This document shows positions 1 through 6,727 of a stretch of 11,780 nt of DNA, one piece after another (within the stretch, counting starts at the first letter, position 1; each line of letters starts with the position of its first letter). The DNA is from a virus (taxonomy: Duplodnaviria; Heunggongvirae; Uroviricota; Caudoviricetes). The notes beneath the pieces are model-generated. The model did no database searches and had not been told where the DNA came from. It saw nothing but the letters and a program-made list of their open reading frames with translations. Location of the stretch: the IMG/VR virus record IMGVR_UViG_2548877011_000017, one strand, 5' to 3'. Both the position numbers and the translations under genes were made by a program.

Positions 1-2799
1 TCAGGCACCGTGACATTTTTTGTACTTTATTCCCGAGCCACAGGGGCATTGTTCATTCCGGCCGACCGCACCAAAAACTTCAGTTAATTTAGTCTTTGCT
101 GCTTTATGGGCAAGCTGTACGATGTAATTTGATTGATTTTGGATTTCTTGACGCTGTACACCTGTGAGGCCTTCGATATAGGGAGCAAGGCGCTGCATTT
201 CGACATCAGCTGCTTTATGCTGACCCGATAGTGCTAATATGACTGCGTATTGGCTTCGAACCTGAATCAGTCGATGTACTAGACCTGCCTCATTGACAAC
301 CGGCAGGACATGTTGCTCCATGACTTCCTTGGCACCGTCGTAATCCTTTATGGCAACAAACTCATCCGCCAGATCTTGGCCCACCCTGACCATGGATTCC
401 GGGGCCATGGCCAGATTGTAGAACTTCATCGAATGAATACGCAGTAATGGTGACAGTTTTCCCTGCGCATCACGAATTCTGGCCAGCAACTCCAGAGCAT
501 CAGCCATATGTTTAAAGTGTTCCTGCATATTTTCGGAATGATTAATAGTTTTCCATAATGCGTCGGCGTTTTTTCCTATGACATCAGCAGGTGTGATACC
601 AAATAAAGAATAGTACCCTTGTATAACATTACAGCTTAATGTTTCAGCATCCTTGAGTTTTTTTAATCTCCAGAGTGCAATGGCATGGTTGTAGTCAAAG
701 ATGCGTTTATGTTCTTCATCTGGGAGTTGGGGGCGGACTTCCTGTGCCAGCTTTTGAACTTCTCGTGCATCATTGCTTTCTGCCGAAAATAACATTCGTT
801 TCATTGCATAGGCCATCTCTTCTTGATAGCCGAACTTGTGCTCCGCAAGTAAAGCTCCCATGATGTTTAACCTCTGAGCAATGTGGTCGGATATTCCGTC
901 TTTAAGCTCAACGAAAACAAGGCCATCCAATGCCCAGAATTTATGAACAGGTCCCAATAAGTCCGATGTTGCAGCACGCTCCAAGCTTGCAAGAATGTCG
1001 ACCGTCACGCCCATCTCATAAAACATTTCTTGGCCTGAGAGTTCGATCAACGTCGTGACATCATTGAGCTTAATATAAAGTTGAGTCAACAACGATAACC
1101 GTTTTGTATTGCGGGTATTATGAAGACTTTCAACTAAAAGGTCTTTCAGCGCTAGTAGCGCTTTGTTCGATATACCCTGATCCATCAGTTCCAGATGTTG
1201 CAGTCCTAGCCCCCTGACAGCATCATGTACCTTCAGGGTCTGGTTTCCATAAATTTCAATAGTGCCAGTAGCGCGCATTTTCCTAATTAAAGAAGCAGCA
1301 CTGCTTGGTGAAATGTTCAGCGAATTGATTAGGAGCGTAGAAATCTCTTCGCGACTCAGCCCTACGTCAGAGAGACTGAACAATGCCAGCGCGCTCTGAA
1401 GTAGTGATTCAAATCCCTGAAATACACGTGACAGAATAATTTCTTGGGCGGTTTCCGCAGTATGGGTTTGTTGCTGGAGTTCAGCACACAGAGCATCGAC
1501 ATTACGCTCATAATCAGAAACGGCGATTTTTGCGGCGCTCTCTACATACAGGGGAAGACCACCAGTGTAAGCCCGTAGCTGCTCGTATCCCATAGCGGTG
1601 GCAAATCCTCCGATATCGTTTACAACGACAGCTACCGTATCGAGATTCCATCCCTGCAGGCCCTCGCGCTGTAGCCCCGTCATGACCTCCAGTTCGCGAA
1701 CGTTTTCGTGAGGCTGGCACAACAGCACAAAACGAATATGTGTAGTTGCATTCAGAACATCCAGTAGATTTTCCGCAGGTACACGATGGGCGTTATCCAG
1801 AACCAGCACCAAGGTGGTACCCTGCTCTTTCAGGTAGGTATCAAAACTCCTAAGAGCCTCAAAACCACTGGCACCGGGGAGCAAAATCCTGCGCAAACCG
1901 TCTTGGTCACGGGCTGTAAATCTAGCAGCCATCTCGCGCACCAGCGTACTGGCCAGAGCTGGACCGGGAAGATCACCGGTGTCGTAATAAGCACAAAGTG
2001 CAGTGGAGTGTAATGCGGCCTGTGCGGCCCAAGCTGTCTTGCCTGCACCTGAGAGTCCACAAAGGATACGGATCCGCTCACCAGATGTGAGAGAAGGTTC
2101 TTCGTTCTGTGGGCGGTACAGTGCTGGTGGTGCAGGAAAGTCCTGTAGCTGAACGATCAACTGTTCAAATAGTTCAGTAAGTTCTTCCGTGAAAAACGTA
2201 TGTTGTCCATTGGTATCGCCTCCGGTGGCGGCAAGCTGAACCAATCCTGCTAACTTCCAAATCAAGGATTCTGGGGACAATAGTGAAAATTTCAGCTTTT
2301 CTGCTTCTGCGATACACCATGTGGCCGCATCAGCCAGAGTACTCCATGCGGGCGGAAGTGCCGGGTGACGTCCAGCTGTCGACTGGGGCCAGACAATAAG
2401 AACATCAGAAGGAAGCTTTTTATCGTCAATCATCTTCTGAAGCAGCGGTCCAGGCGCCTGGTTTACAATAATCACAAAAGAAGCCACCCCTTCGCGGTTT
2501 GCCGAAGTATGCTCATTTCTGAGCTTTACAAATCGCTCCAGAGCCCCCGACACATCGTTGGGCATAATAGGTTTTGAACGGGTTTTAACCTGAATGTAGA
2601 GACGTTCCTGTTTGGATTTCAGCTCAATATCCTCATCAAGCTCGACAGTTACTGAGTCCATAGCTGCCCTCTGCGCCAAAAGTAAGCAGCCTACAGCGTA
2701 AAGATGCTGGTAAAGGAACCCCCGGTGTACCGCTTCGATACGCACCAACTGCACAGGATCCAGTACGTCCAGATTTTGTTTGTTTTCACTTCCCCACAT
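1..2799 (-). CDS. Multidomain NTPase (932 aa): N-terminal PD-(D/E)xK-like nuclease-type domain, central STAND-type P-loop NTPase, helical C-terminal region, terminal SEC-C zinc motif; candidate anti-phage defence protein
   Basis: Complete ORF: ATG at 2799-2797 with AAGGAA 6 nt upstream (plus-strand ttcctt 2806-2811) and TGA at 3-1. Translation shows Walker A GLSGAGKT (nt ~2035-2058), Walker B-like LVLVLDNAH, a following IRFVLLCQPHE strand, an N-terminal GFLYQ...VELDEDIEL...YIQVK pattern (E/D...QxK type nuclease core) and C-terminal CPCGSGIKYKKCHG (nt ~10-51). The CDS call is confident; the function is inferred. Confidence 0.85.
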   Translation of the reverse strand: MWGSENKQNLDVLDPVQLVRIEAVHRGFLYQHLYAVGCLLLAQRAAMDSVTVELDEDIELKSKQERLYIQVKTRSKPIMPNDVSGALERFVKLRNEHTSANREGVASFVIIVNQAPGPLLQKMIDDKKLPSDVLIVWPQSTAGRHPALPPAWSTLADAATWCIAEAEKLKFSLLSPESLIWKLAGLVQLAATGGDTNGQHTFFTEELTELFEQLIVQLQDFPAPPALYRPQNEEPSLTSGERIRILCGLSGAGKTAWAAQAALHSTALCAYYDTGDLPGPALASTLVREMAARFTARDQDGLRRILLPGASGFEALRSFDTYLKEQGTTLVLVLDNAHRVPAENLLDVLNATTHIRFVLLCQPHENVRELEVMTGLQREGLQGWNLDTVAVVVNDIGGFATAMGYEQLRAYTGGLPLYVESAAKIAVSDYERNVDALCAELQQQTHTAETAQEIILSRVFQGFESLLQSALALFSLSDVGLSREEISTLLINSLNISPSSAASLIRKMRATGTIEIYGNQTLKVHDAVRGLGLQHLELMDQGISNKALLALKDLLVESLHNTRNTKRLSLLTQLYIKLNDVTTLIELSGQEMFYEMGVTVDILASLERAATSDLLGPVHKFWALDGLVFVELKDGISDHIAQRLNIMGALLAEHKFGYQEEMAYAMKRMLFSAESNDAREVQKLAQEVRPQLPDEEHKRIFDYNHAIALWRLKKLKDAETLSCNVIQGYYSLFGITPADVIGKNADALWKTINHSENMQEHFKHMADALELLARIRDAQGKLSPLLRIHSMKFYNLAMAPESMVRVGQDLADEFVAIKDYDGAKEVMEQHVLPVVNEAGLVHRLIQVRSQYAVILALSGQHKAADVEMQRLAPYIEGLTGVQRQEIQNQSNYIVQLAHKAAKTKLTEVFGAVGRNEQCPCGSGIKYKKCHGA

Positions 2800-2859
2800 G
2801 ACCTATTCCTTGAGCTATTTGTTTGACGGACTCACATTAGTACTTCAATGTAATCAATT

Positions 2860-2900
2860 GAACTTGAATTATAATTAAAAGAGGCAAAGAAAAGTCATTT
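2860..2900 (-). promoter_or_regulatory. Candidate sigma70 promoter for the 932-aa gene
   Basis: Perfect TATAAT on the minus strand (plus-strand attata at 2868-2873), with a weak -35-like ATGACT/TGACTT 18-19 nt upstream, inside a 243-bp AT-rich spacer. No transcription start data. Confidence 0.3.
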
Positions 2901-2965
2901 GGCCTATTCTCCGTTGATTAATACAAACTAACGATACCAACGTTCACCTAGCTCAAAGCTGACAA

Positions 2966-2980
2966 CCAGACTAGGTCTGG
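2966..2980. promoter_or_regulatory. Perfect 15-bp palindrome CCAGAC-TAG-GTCTGG in the spacer upstream of the 932-aa gene (possible operator or RNA hairpin)
   Basis: Read directly: 6-bp arms around a 3-bp centre. It is not followed by a T-run on either strand, so it is not called a terminator. Confidence 0.3.
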
Positions 2981-3042
2981 GCCTGTGCCATCGAAGTGTC
3001 AATTAATATCTGAACTAATGCTCTTTAATTTCGTCACTTCAA

Positions 3043-3213
3043 TTAATACCGAACATTTCCCTGATAAAATTCCAGTATGCGCTGCATAACTTCGCTCTGA
3101 CGACACTCGCGACAAATTATATTCTGTCGTCTGTTGTAACGGCGTATTTCGCCATCTAGCAATGAATAAATCAGGTCAGGGTCGCTCTTCTTTTTCACTG
3201 CCGCTCTCGACAT
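3043..3213 (-). CDS. Small hypothetical protein (56 aa from ATG 3213), or the C-terminal part of a frameshifted longer protein
   Basis: Open frame MSRAAVKKKSDPDLIYSLLDGEIRRYNRRQNIICRECRQSEVMQRILEFYQGNVRY ending at TAA 3045-3043. The ATG sits at the end of an A8 run (plus-strand T8 3213-3220), with no convincing SD. The ORF track extends this frame to ATG 3294, overlapping the upstream gene by 119 nt. Confidence 0.35.
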   Translation of the reverse strand: MSRAAVKKKSDPDLIYSLLDGEIRRYNRRQNIICRECRQSEVMQRILEFYQGNVRY

Positions 3214-3451
3214 TTTTTTTGCGGGCTTTTCCCCAGTCCTTACGAGCCTGCTCCGAAGGAAATATTCCATGTCCTGAACCATATACTGCGCCACTAACTA
3301 CCAGCTCTTTCACCAGAACTTCTATCAGGTGTCTCGTCGCCCCGGTTTCATTTTCCAGTTGTTTACGCGTTTTTCGCCCATCTCTGCGTACCAGTTCCAC
3401 AATGCGCGCCTTCACTTCTTCCCGCAGTTCGGGAGTAAAAACTTTTGCCAC
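3176..3451 (-). CDS. Small basic hypothetical protein (91 aa), possibly DNA-binding
   Basis: GTG start at 3451-3449 preceded by a strong AGGAGG 4 nt upstream (plus-strand cctcct 3456-3461); TGA at 3178-3176. Translation is K/R/E-rich with a helix-turn-helix-like stretch (TRKQLENETGATRHLIEVLV). Its frame ends 12 codons after the A8 tract. Confidence 0.6.
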   Translation of the reverse strand: MAKVFTPELREEVKARIVELVRRDGRKTRKQLENETGATRHLIEVLVKELVVSGAVYGSGHGIFPSEQARKDWGKARKKNVESGSEKEERP

Positions 3452-3488
3452 AAGCCCTCCTGAAAATTACCCCATGACCTGAAATCTG

Positions 3489-4559
3489 TTACCCTCTGAA
3501 TCCCGGCGGAATTTCGGTGTCCGGTTCAGAAATATGATTAACACAACGCTGGTTGTTCGTGCCGCTTACCGGGAGCAACCAGGGGTTTTCAAAATTCCGG
3601 TCCGGTCCAAAAAACGTCGTCGCTCGCTGAACAAATTCCGTTCCCGTTTTCCCGGTAGCAGCCAGGTATCTTGTGTAACGCCTTACACCATCCAGCATGG
3701 CCTCTGGTGGCACCCCCTCGCGTAATCTGGCCTTCCAGGCACTGAAAGCGGATTTCTTCGGGTTTGCCCCGGCTCGTAACGGGTATTCCCGCCAGACCTG
3801 TTCGAACACATCCGGATAATCCACTCGTCCCACAGGCTGCCCGGTGTTTTCCGGGACTACCCGATCGGCTTCCCGCTGAATGGCGGAATCGGCTTCAGGC
3901 TGCTGCAGTTGGTGTGATTGCTCCGGCCCAGCGGTCATCGCCTGCTGCACAGCGCCCGAATCGGCTTTCAGCGCATACGCTGAATCGGCTTCCGGTGTCG
4001 TGCCTGCGGGCTGGCCAGGAGTGACGGTCTGAACATCCCCTACATGGTTCGTGGCGTTTTTTACGCCATGGACCATAGTGTTTTGATCTTCTTTATCTGT
4101 ATCTCTATCTGTATCTTTATCTGTCGTGACTCGTCGTGACATGTGCGTGACATTTCGTGACGCGCCGTGACAATCGCCATTTTGTTCCCGCTTTCTTTCC
4201 CTCTCACGCTGCGCCCTCTTGCGCTCTGCCGGAGATTTTGCGGTTTGCGAAATATTGCCGTTGTCCTCTTTAAGCACCTGGCGTTTTTCCCATCCAGTGA
4301 TTAAATCACCATCAAGTACCCGCCCCTGCATCGTCTGCAAAATTGAATCAATTACCTCTTCTGTCACGTCGAGCGCACTTGCCAAATCTTCTGTCGTGAC
4401 ATCAATGTGACCTCGCGTGACATTTCGTGACGCGCTCACCAGGAGGTGGATATACACTGCCATCACTGTTGCAATTGGCTGCCCTGACACCCTGGCAATT
4501 GTTCGCCACTTAGGGTCATTTGGCATGTCATGCCATAATCTGAGCCAGGCGTTAGCCAT
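3489..4559 (-). CDS. Phage replication initiation protein (lambda O-like replisome organiser) with the origin embedded in the gene
   Basis: N-terminus MANAWLRLWHDMPNDPKWRTIA is typical of phage replisome-organiser N-terminal domains; there is a low-complexity acidic/Q-rich linker and a conserved-looking C-terminal domain. ATG 4559 has GAGGTGA upstream; the ORF track begins 2 codons earlier at GTG 4565. Iteron clusters lie inside the coding sequence. Confidence 0.8.
   Translation of the reverse strand: MANAWLRLWHDMPNDPKWRTIARVSGQPIATVMAVYIHLLVSASRNVTRGHIDVTTEDLASALDVTEEVIDSILQTMQGRVLDGDLITGWEKRQVLKEDNGNISQTAKSPAERKRAQRERERKREQNGDCHGASRNVTHMSRRVTTDKDTDRDTDKEDQNTMVHGVKNATNHVGDVQTVTPGQPAGTTPEADSAYALKADSGAVQQAMTAGPEQSHQLQQPEADSAIQREADRVVPENTGQPVGRVDYPDVFEQVWREYPLRAGANPKKSAFSAWKARLREGVPPEAMLDGVRRYTRYLAATGKTGTEFVQRATTFFGPDRNFENPWLLPVSGTNNQRCVNHISEPDTEIPPGFRG
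4125..4171. repeat. Iteron cluster A: five CGTGAC repeats with 10-11 bp phasing, flanked by a (TATCTGTATCT)n AT-rich stretch (4091-4124); putative ori
   Basis: CGTGAC at 4125, 4135, 4146, 4156 and 4166, read directly. The helical-turn spacing inside an initiator gene matches lambda-type ori organisation. Confidence 0.55.
4395..4431. repeat. Iteron cluster B: four (C/T)GTGAC repeats with 10-11 bp phasing
   Basis: CGTGAC at 4395, 4416 and 4426 and TGTGAC at 4406. The 19-mer CGTGACATTTCGTGACGCG is shared with cluster A (4146-4164 vs 4416-4434). An inverted copy GTCACG lies at 4363-4368. Confidence 0.5.
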
Positions 4560-4630
4560 ACTCACCTCTTCTGATACCGAATCTTTTTACTCACGAATTG
4601 CCGGAAGCGATTCGATATGGCTATTGTCAG

Positions 4631-5056
4631 TCAATGTACTGCCACAGCATTTCCTGCCGGGCCACCACGGTTCATCTGATTGAAACCGGCGATTGCCACT
4701 GCGACAAAATCATCAGCGTCTCTCACCAGTCGCTCCCGCGTCTCCACCAACTCCCGAAAATAAGCTGAACTGTGGCTGCGCATTCTGGCCACCAGCAAAG
4801 GTGGCATTGCCTTTTCGATCGCTGGTAACAACGCCTGAATTTTTTCAACTGCATCAGGGGTGTCTTTCTCTACCCAGCGGAAAATTTTCTGGGTATTGCG
4901 AGCCAGGGCTTCCGGATGGCTGTCGTCATACAGTTCAGGAAACGTCATACCCAACTCAAAATAAGCCTGGGTTATTCCAGCTGCTGGAACTTTTTCGCCA
5001 TCAGGACGCGCCCAGGCATTCATCGCCATGCGGATGTGTTCATGCTTGATTTTCAT
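4631..5056 (-). CDS. YdaT-like protein (141 aa; CII-position protein of Rac/CP-933P-type lambdoid prophages)
   Basis: ATG 5056-5054 with AGGAG 8 nt upstream. The size and position directly downstream of the Cro/YdaS-like gene match the ydaS-ydaT arrangement. The start overlaps the upstream gene end by 17 nt. Confidence 0.7.
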   Translation of the reverse strand: MKIKHEHIRMAMNAWARPDGEKVPAAGITQAYFELGMTFPELYDDSHPEALARNTQKIFRWVEKDTPDAVEKIQALLPAIEKAMPPLLVARMRSHSSAYFRELVETRERLVRDADDFVAVAIAGFNQMNRGGPAGNAVAVH

Positions 5057-5321
5057 GAATCAAGCTCCTAGTAAGTGGTTGTGTTAACGTTTTGGTATCT
5101 TCCAGCTCGGGCCAAATATTCATCCAATCAAAAGGCCTTAGTTGCTGACGTGTAACTTCACCATTACTGGCTCGCTCAATAAGGACACATAACGATGCCC
5201 CTAACATTTGACCTTTACTCAATGCCTTTCTTAGATAACCGATGCTAGTACCACACTCACATGCAAACATACGCTGTTCATCTGACGAAAGAGAATTGAG
5301 AAATATTCTTAATTCTTCCAT
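5040..5321 (-). CDS. Cro/YdaS-like HTH regulator (93 aa)
   Basis: ATG 5321-5319 with AAGGAG 6 nt upstream. HTH-like segment CECGTSIGYLRKALSKGQ and a C-terminal GEVTRQQLRPFDW motif characteristic of YdaS-type Cro proteins. Divergent from the repressor gene. Confidence 0.75.
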   Translation of the reverse strand: MEELRIFLNSLSSDEQRMFACECGTSIGYLRKALSKGQMLGASLCVLIERASNGEVTRQQLRPFDWMNIWPELEDTKTLTQPLTRSLIHENQA

Positions 5322-5333
5322 AGCTACTCCTTA

Positions 5334-5420
5334 GTAAACACAGCAAAGAATACCCACAGGTAAACAAAAGTCAATACCCTTGGGTTGTTTACCTTGCGGT
5401 AATCGCATCTATTATTTACC
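5334..5420. promoter_or_regulatory. Divergent promoter/operator region between the Cro-like and repressor genes, with four copies of a GTAAACA half-site
   Basis: GTAAACA 5334-5340, GGTAAACA 5359-5366, inverted TGTTTACC 5386-5393 and TATTTACC 5413-5420, spaced about 25-27 bp in a 100-bp divergent intergenic region. Confidence 0.45.
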
Positions 5421-5421
5421 T

Positions 5422-5841
5422 ATGGACAAATATGAATTTAGACGACAACAACTCATCAAAATTCGTGATGAGAAATGCGATGGTAAAGCGGTTAACGTGG
5501 CCAGAAAGATCGGTCGCGAGCCTTCTTATGTATCAAGAATGTTGTACCCAGAGGGGAAAAAAGGAAAAAAACGGATCGCTGATGATATGGTGGAGATTAT
5601 AGAAGAGTCCTTTGGGTTACCCCGGGGATGGATGGATGGTATCGTTTCATCATCAACGAACACAGCCTCCAATTATGAAACAAGGGTTCTAACGCCACGA
5701 CAACGTATTTTTTTAGATCTCTTAGACGAACTGCCAGAAAGTGAAGCGGATAACTTATTAAAAACTCTTGAAGAGAAAAAACAGTATTACAATATGATCT
5801 ACGAAGAAATCCGTAAAAAGAAAGCACAAAACGCATCATAA
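5422..5841 (+). CDS. CI/DicA-like prophage repressor (139 aa from ATG 5422)
   Basis: HTH segment KAVNVARKIGREPSYVSRML and a C-terminal LTPRQRIFLDLLDELPESEADN region resembling the DicA/RacR C-terminus; stop TAA 5839-5841. The ORF track start at 5380 is a TTG; ATG 5422 is preferred although it has a weak SD. Confidence 0.8.
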   Translation: MDKYEFRRQQLIKIRDEKCDGKAVNVARKIGREPSYVSRMLYPEGKKGKKRIADDMVEIIEESFGLPRGWMDGIVSSSTNTASNYETRVLTPRQRIFLDLLDELPESEADNLLKTLEEKKQYYNMIYEEIRKKKAQNAS

Positions 5842-5882
5842 CTCACCAAACAACCAGTCACCAGTTAAGACACATCAAAAAA

Positions 5883-5921
5883 TTACCCATGGGTATTTAC
5901 TTTTTGGATACCCATGGGTAT
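5883..5921. promoter_or_regulatory. Two near-identical 14-bp palindromes (TTACCCATGGGTAT and ATACCCATGGGTAT) 25 bp apart; candidate operator pair over the promoter of the downstream small-gene operon
   Basis: Palindromes at 5883-5896 and 5908-5921. A possible -35 TTTACT (5896-5901) and -10 TATCCT (5919-5924) with a 17-bp spacer overlap them. Confidence 0.4.
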
Positions 5922-6106
5922 CCTTCCTTTCATACCAACCCACCCCACCCCACAGAATGCAGGGCAATACTTCGAGTTACCAGGCAGTGGTCAGGGGTTA
6001 AGTAGCCAGCCCGAGGCGTAAGAACATGACGGCAGGGTTCAACTTTAATAACTATGCAGCAGGTTTTTGTTCCGCTACCCCGGCGTTAAGGGGAAATGAG
6101 GTCAAC

Positions 6107-6262
6107 ATGGATACTATCGATCTTGGCAACAACGAATCTCTGGTGTACGGCGTGTTTCCCAACCAGGACGGTACGTTCACCGCGATGACGTATACCAAAA
6201 GCAAAACGTTTAAAACCGAAAATGGTGCCCGTCGCTGGCTGGAAAGAAACTCAGGTGAGTGA
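6107..6262 (+). CDS. ydfA: YdfA-like small protein (51 aa), copy 1
   Basis: MDTIDLGNNESLVYGVFPNQDGTFTAMTYTKSKTFKTENGARRWLERNSGE; GAGGT 4 nt upstream of ATG 6107. The length and sequence match my recollection of Qin-prophage YdfA (DUF1391). The ORF track gives a longer alternative from ATG 6026. Confidence 0.65.
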   Translation: MDTIDLGNNESLVYGVFPNQDGTFTAMTYTKSKTFKTENGARRWLERNSGE

Positions 6263-6263
6263 T

Positions 6264-6392
6264 ATGGATTTCGACACAATCATGGAAAAGGCTTACGAAG
6301 AATACTTCGAAGGTCTTGCCGAAGGCGAAGAAGCTCACAGCTTCAACGAATTTAAACAGGTGCTTTCCAGTTCGGCAAAATCTAACGGCTGA
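6264..6392 (+). CDS. ydfB: YdfB-like small protein (42 aa), copy 1
   Basis: ATG 6264 lies 1 nt after the ydfA-like stop, with GGTGAG upstream; translation MDFDTIMEKAYEEYFEGLAEGEEAHSFNEFKQVLSSSAKSNG, stop TGA 6390-6392. Below the ORF-track size cut-off; identified by manual translation. Confidence 0.6.
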   Translation: MDFDTIMEKAYEEYFEGLAEGEEAHSFNEFKQVLSSSAKSNG

Positions 6393-6421
6393 TAAGCGAA
6401 ACAGCACCGCGAGGAATCAGT

Positions 6422-6622
6422 ATGCAGAAACGAGAACCCGTCATCATCGCGCCAGACTATACCGATGATGAACTTTATGAGTGGATGCACCAGAAAATTA
6501 ATGCAGCGCAGGATCTGAAATGGGCCAATGAAGCCAGAGCTAAGCAGGCTGAAAATCTGTCCGCTCTGGAGCAGGATATCACCAATCTGGAAACGAGTTA
6601 CCAGGCAGTGGTCACGGGTTAA
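6422..6622 (+). CDS. ydfC: YdfC-like protein, copy 1 (66 aa; C-terminus altered by the duplication junction)
   Basis: GAGGAA 7 nt upstream of ATG 6422. It matches copy 2 through ...QDITNLE, then reads across the repeat junction into copy 2 (TSYQAVVTG stop). Confidence 0.6.
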   Translation: MQKREPVIIAPDYTDDELYEWMHQKINAAQDLKWANEARAKQAENLSALEQDITNLETSYQAVVTG

Positions 6623-6727
6623 GTAGCCAGCCCGAGGCGTAAGAACATGACGGCAGGGTTCAACTTTAATAACTATGCAGCAGGTTTTTGTTCCGCTACC
6701 CCGGCGTTAAGGGGAAATGAGGTCAGC

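Noticed and set aside
675-2577. Short ORFs inside or antisense to the 932-aa gene (675-863, 1514-1720, 1786-2013, 1830-2081, 2365-2577)
   Set aside because: All are fully nested in a long ORF with clear protein motifs, have no RBS and give low-complexity translations; judged frame artefacts.
3162-3482. Plus-strand ORF 3162-3482 (106 aa) opposite the small minus-strand genes
   Set aside because: Ser/Thr/Pro-rich low-complexity translation with no start context, antisense to a gene that has a strong AGGAGG-GTG start.
3534-4683. Plus-strand ORFs inside the replication initiator gene (3534-3725, 3764-4024, 4219-4410, 4417-4683)
   Set aside because: Antisense to a well-supported CDS; their repetitive composition is driven by the iterons.
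4693-5049. Plus-strand ORF 4693-5049 (118 aa) opposite the YdaT-like gene
   Set aside because: No RBS and a Pro/Cys-rich unlikely translation; the minus-strand gene has an AGGAG-supported start and fits the operon.
5380-5421. N-terminal extension of the repressor ORF from 5380 (MGCLPCGNRIYYLP)
   Set aside because: It starts at a TTG lying within the operator motifs; ATG 5422 gives a protein starting directly before the HTH domain.
5597-5839. Minus-strand ORF 5597-5839 antisense to the repressor gene
   Set aside because: Nested antisense ORF without start signals.
5941-5956. CACCCCACCCCACAG C-rich run considered as a repeat or terminator
   Set aside because: Too short, not paired with a complementary segment; probably just part of the leader region.
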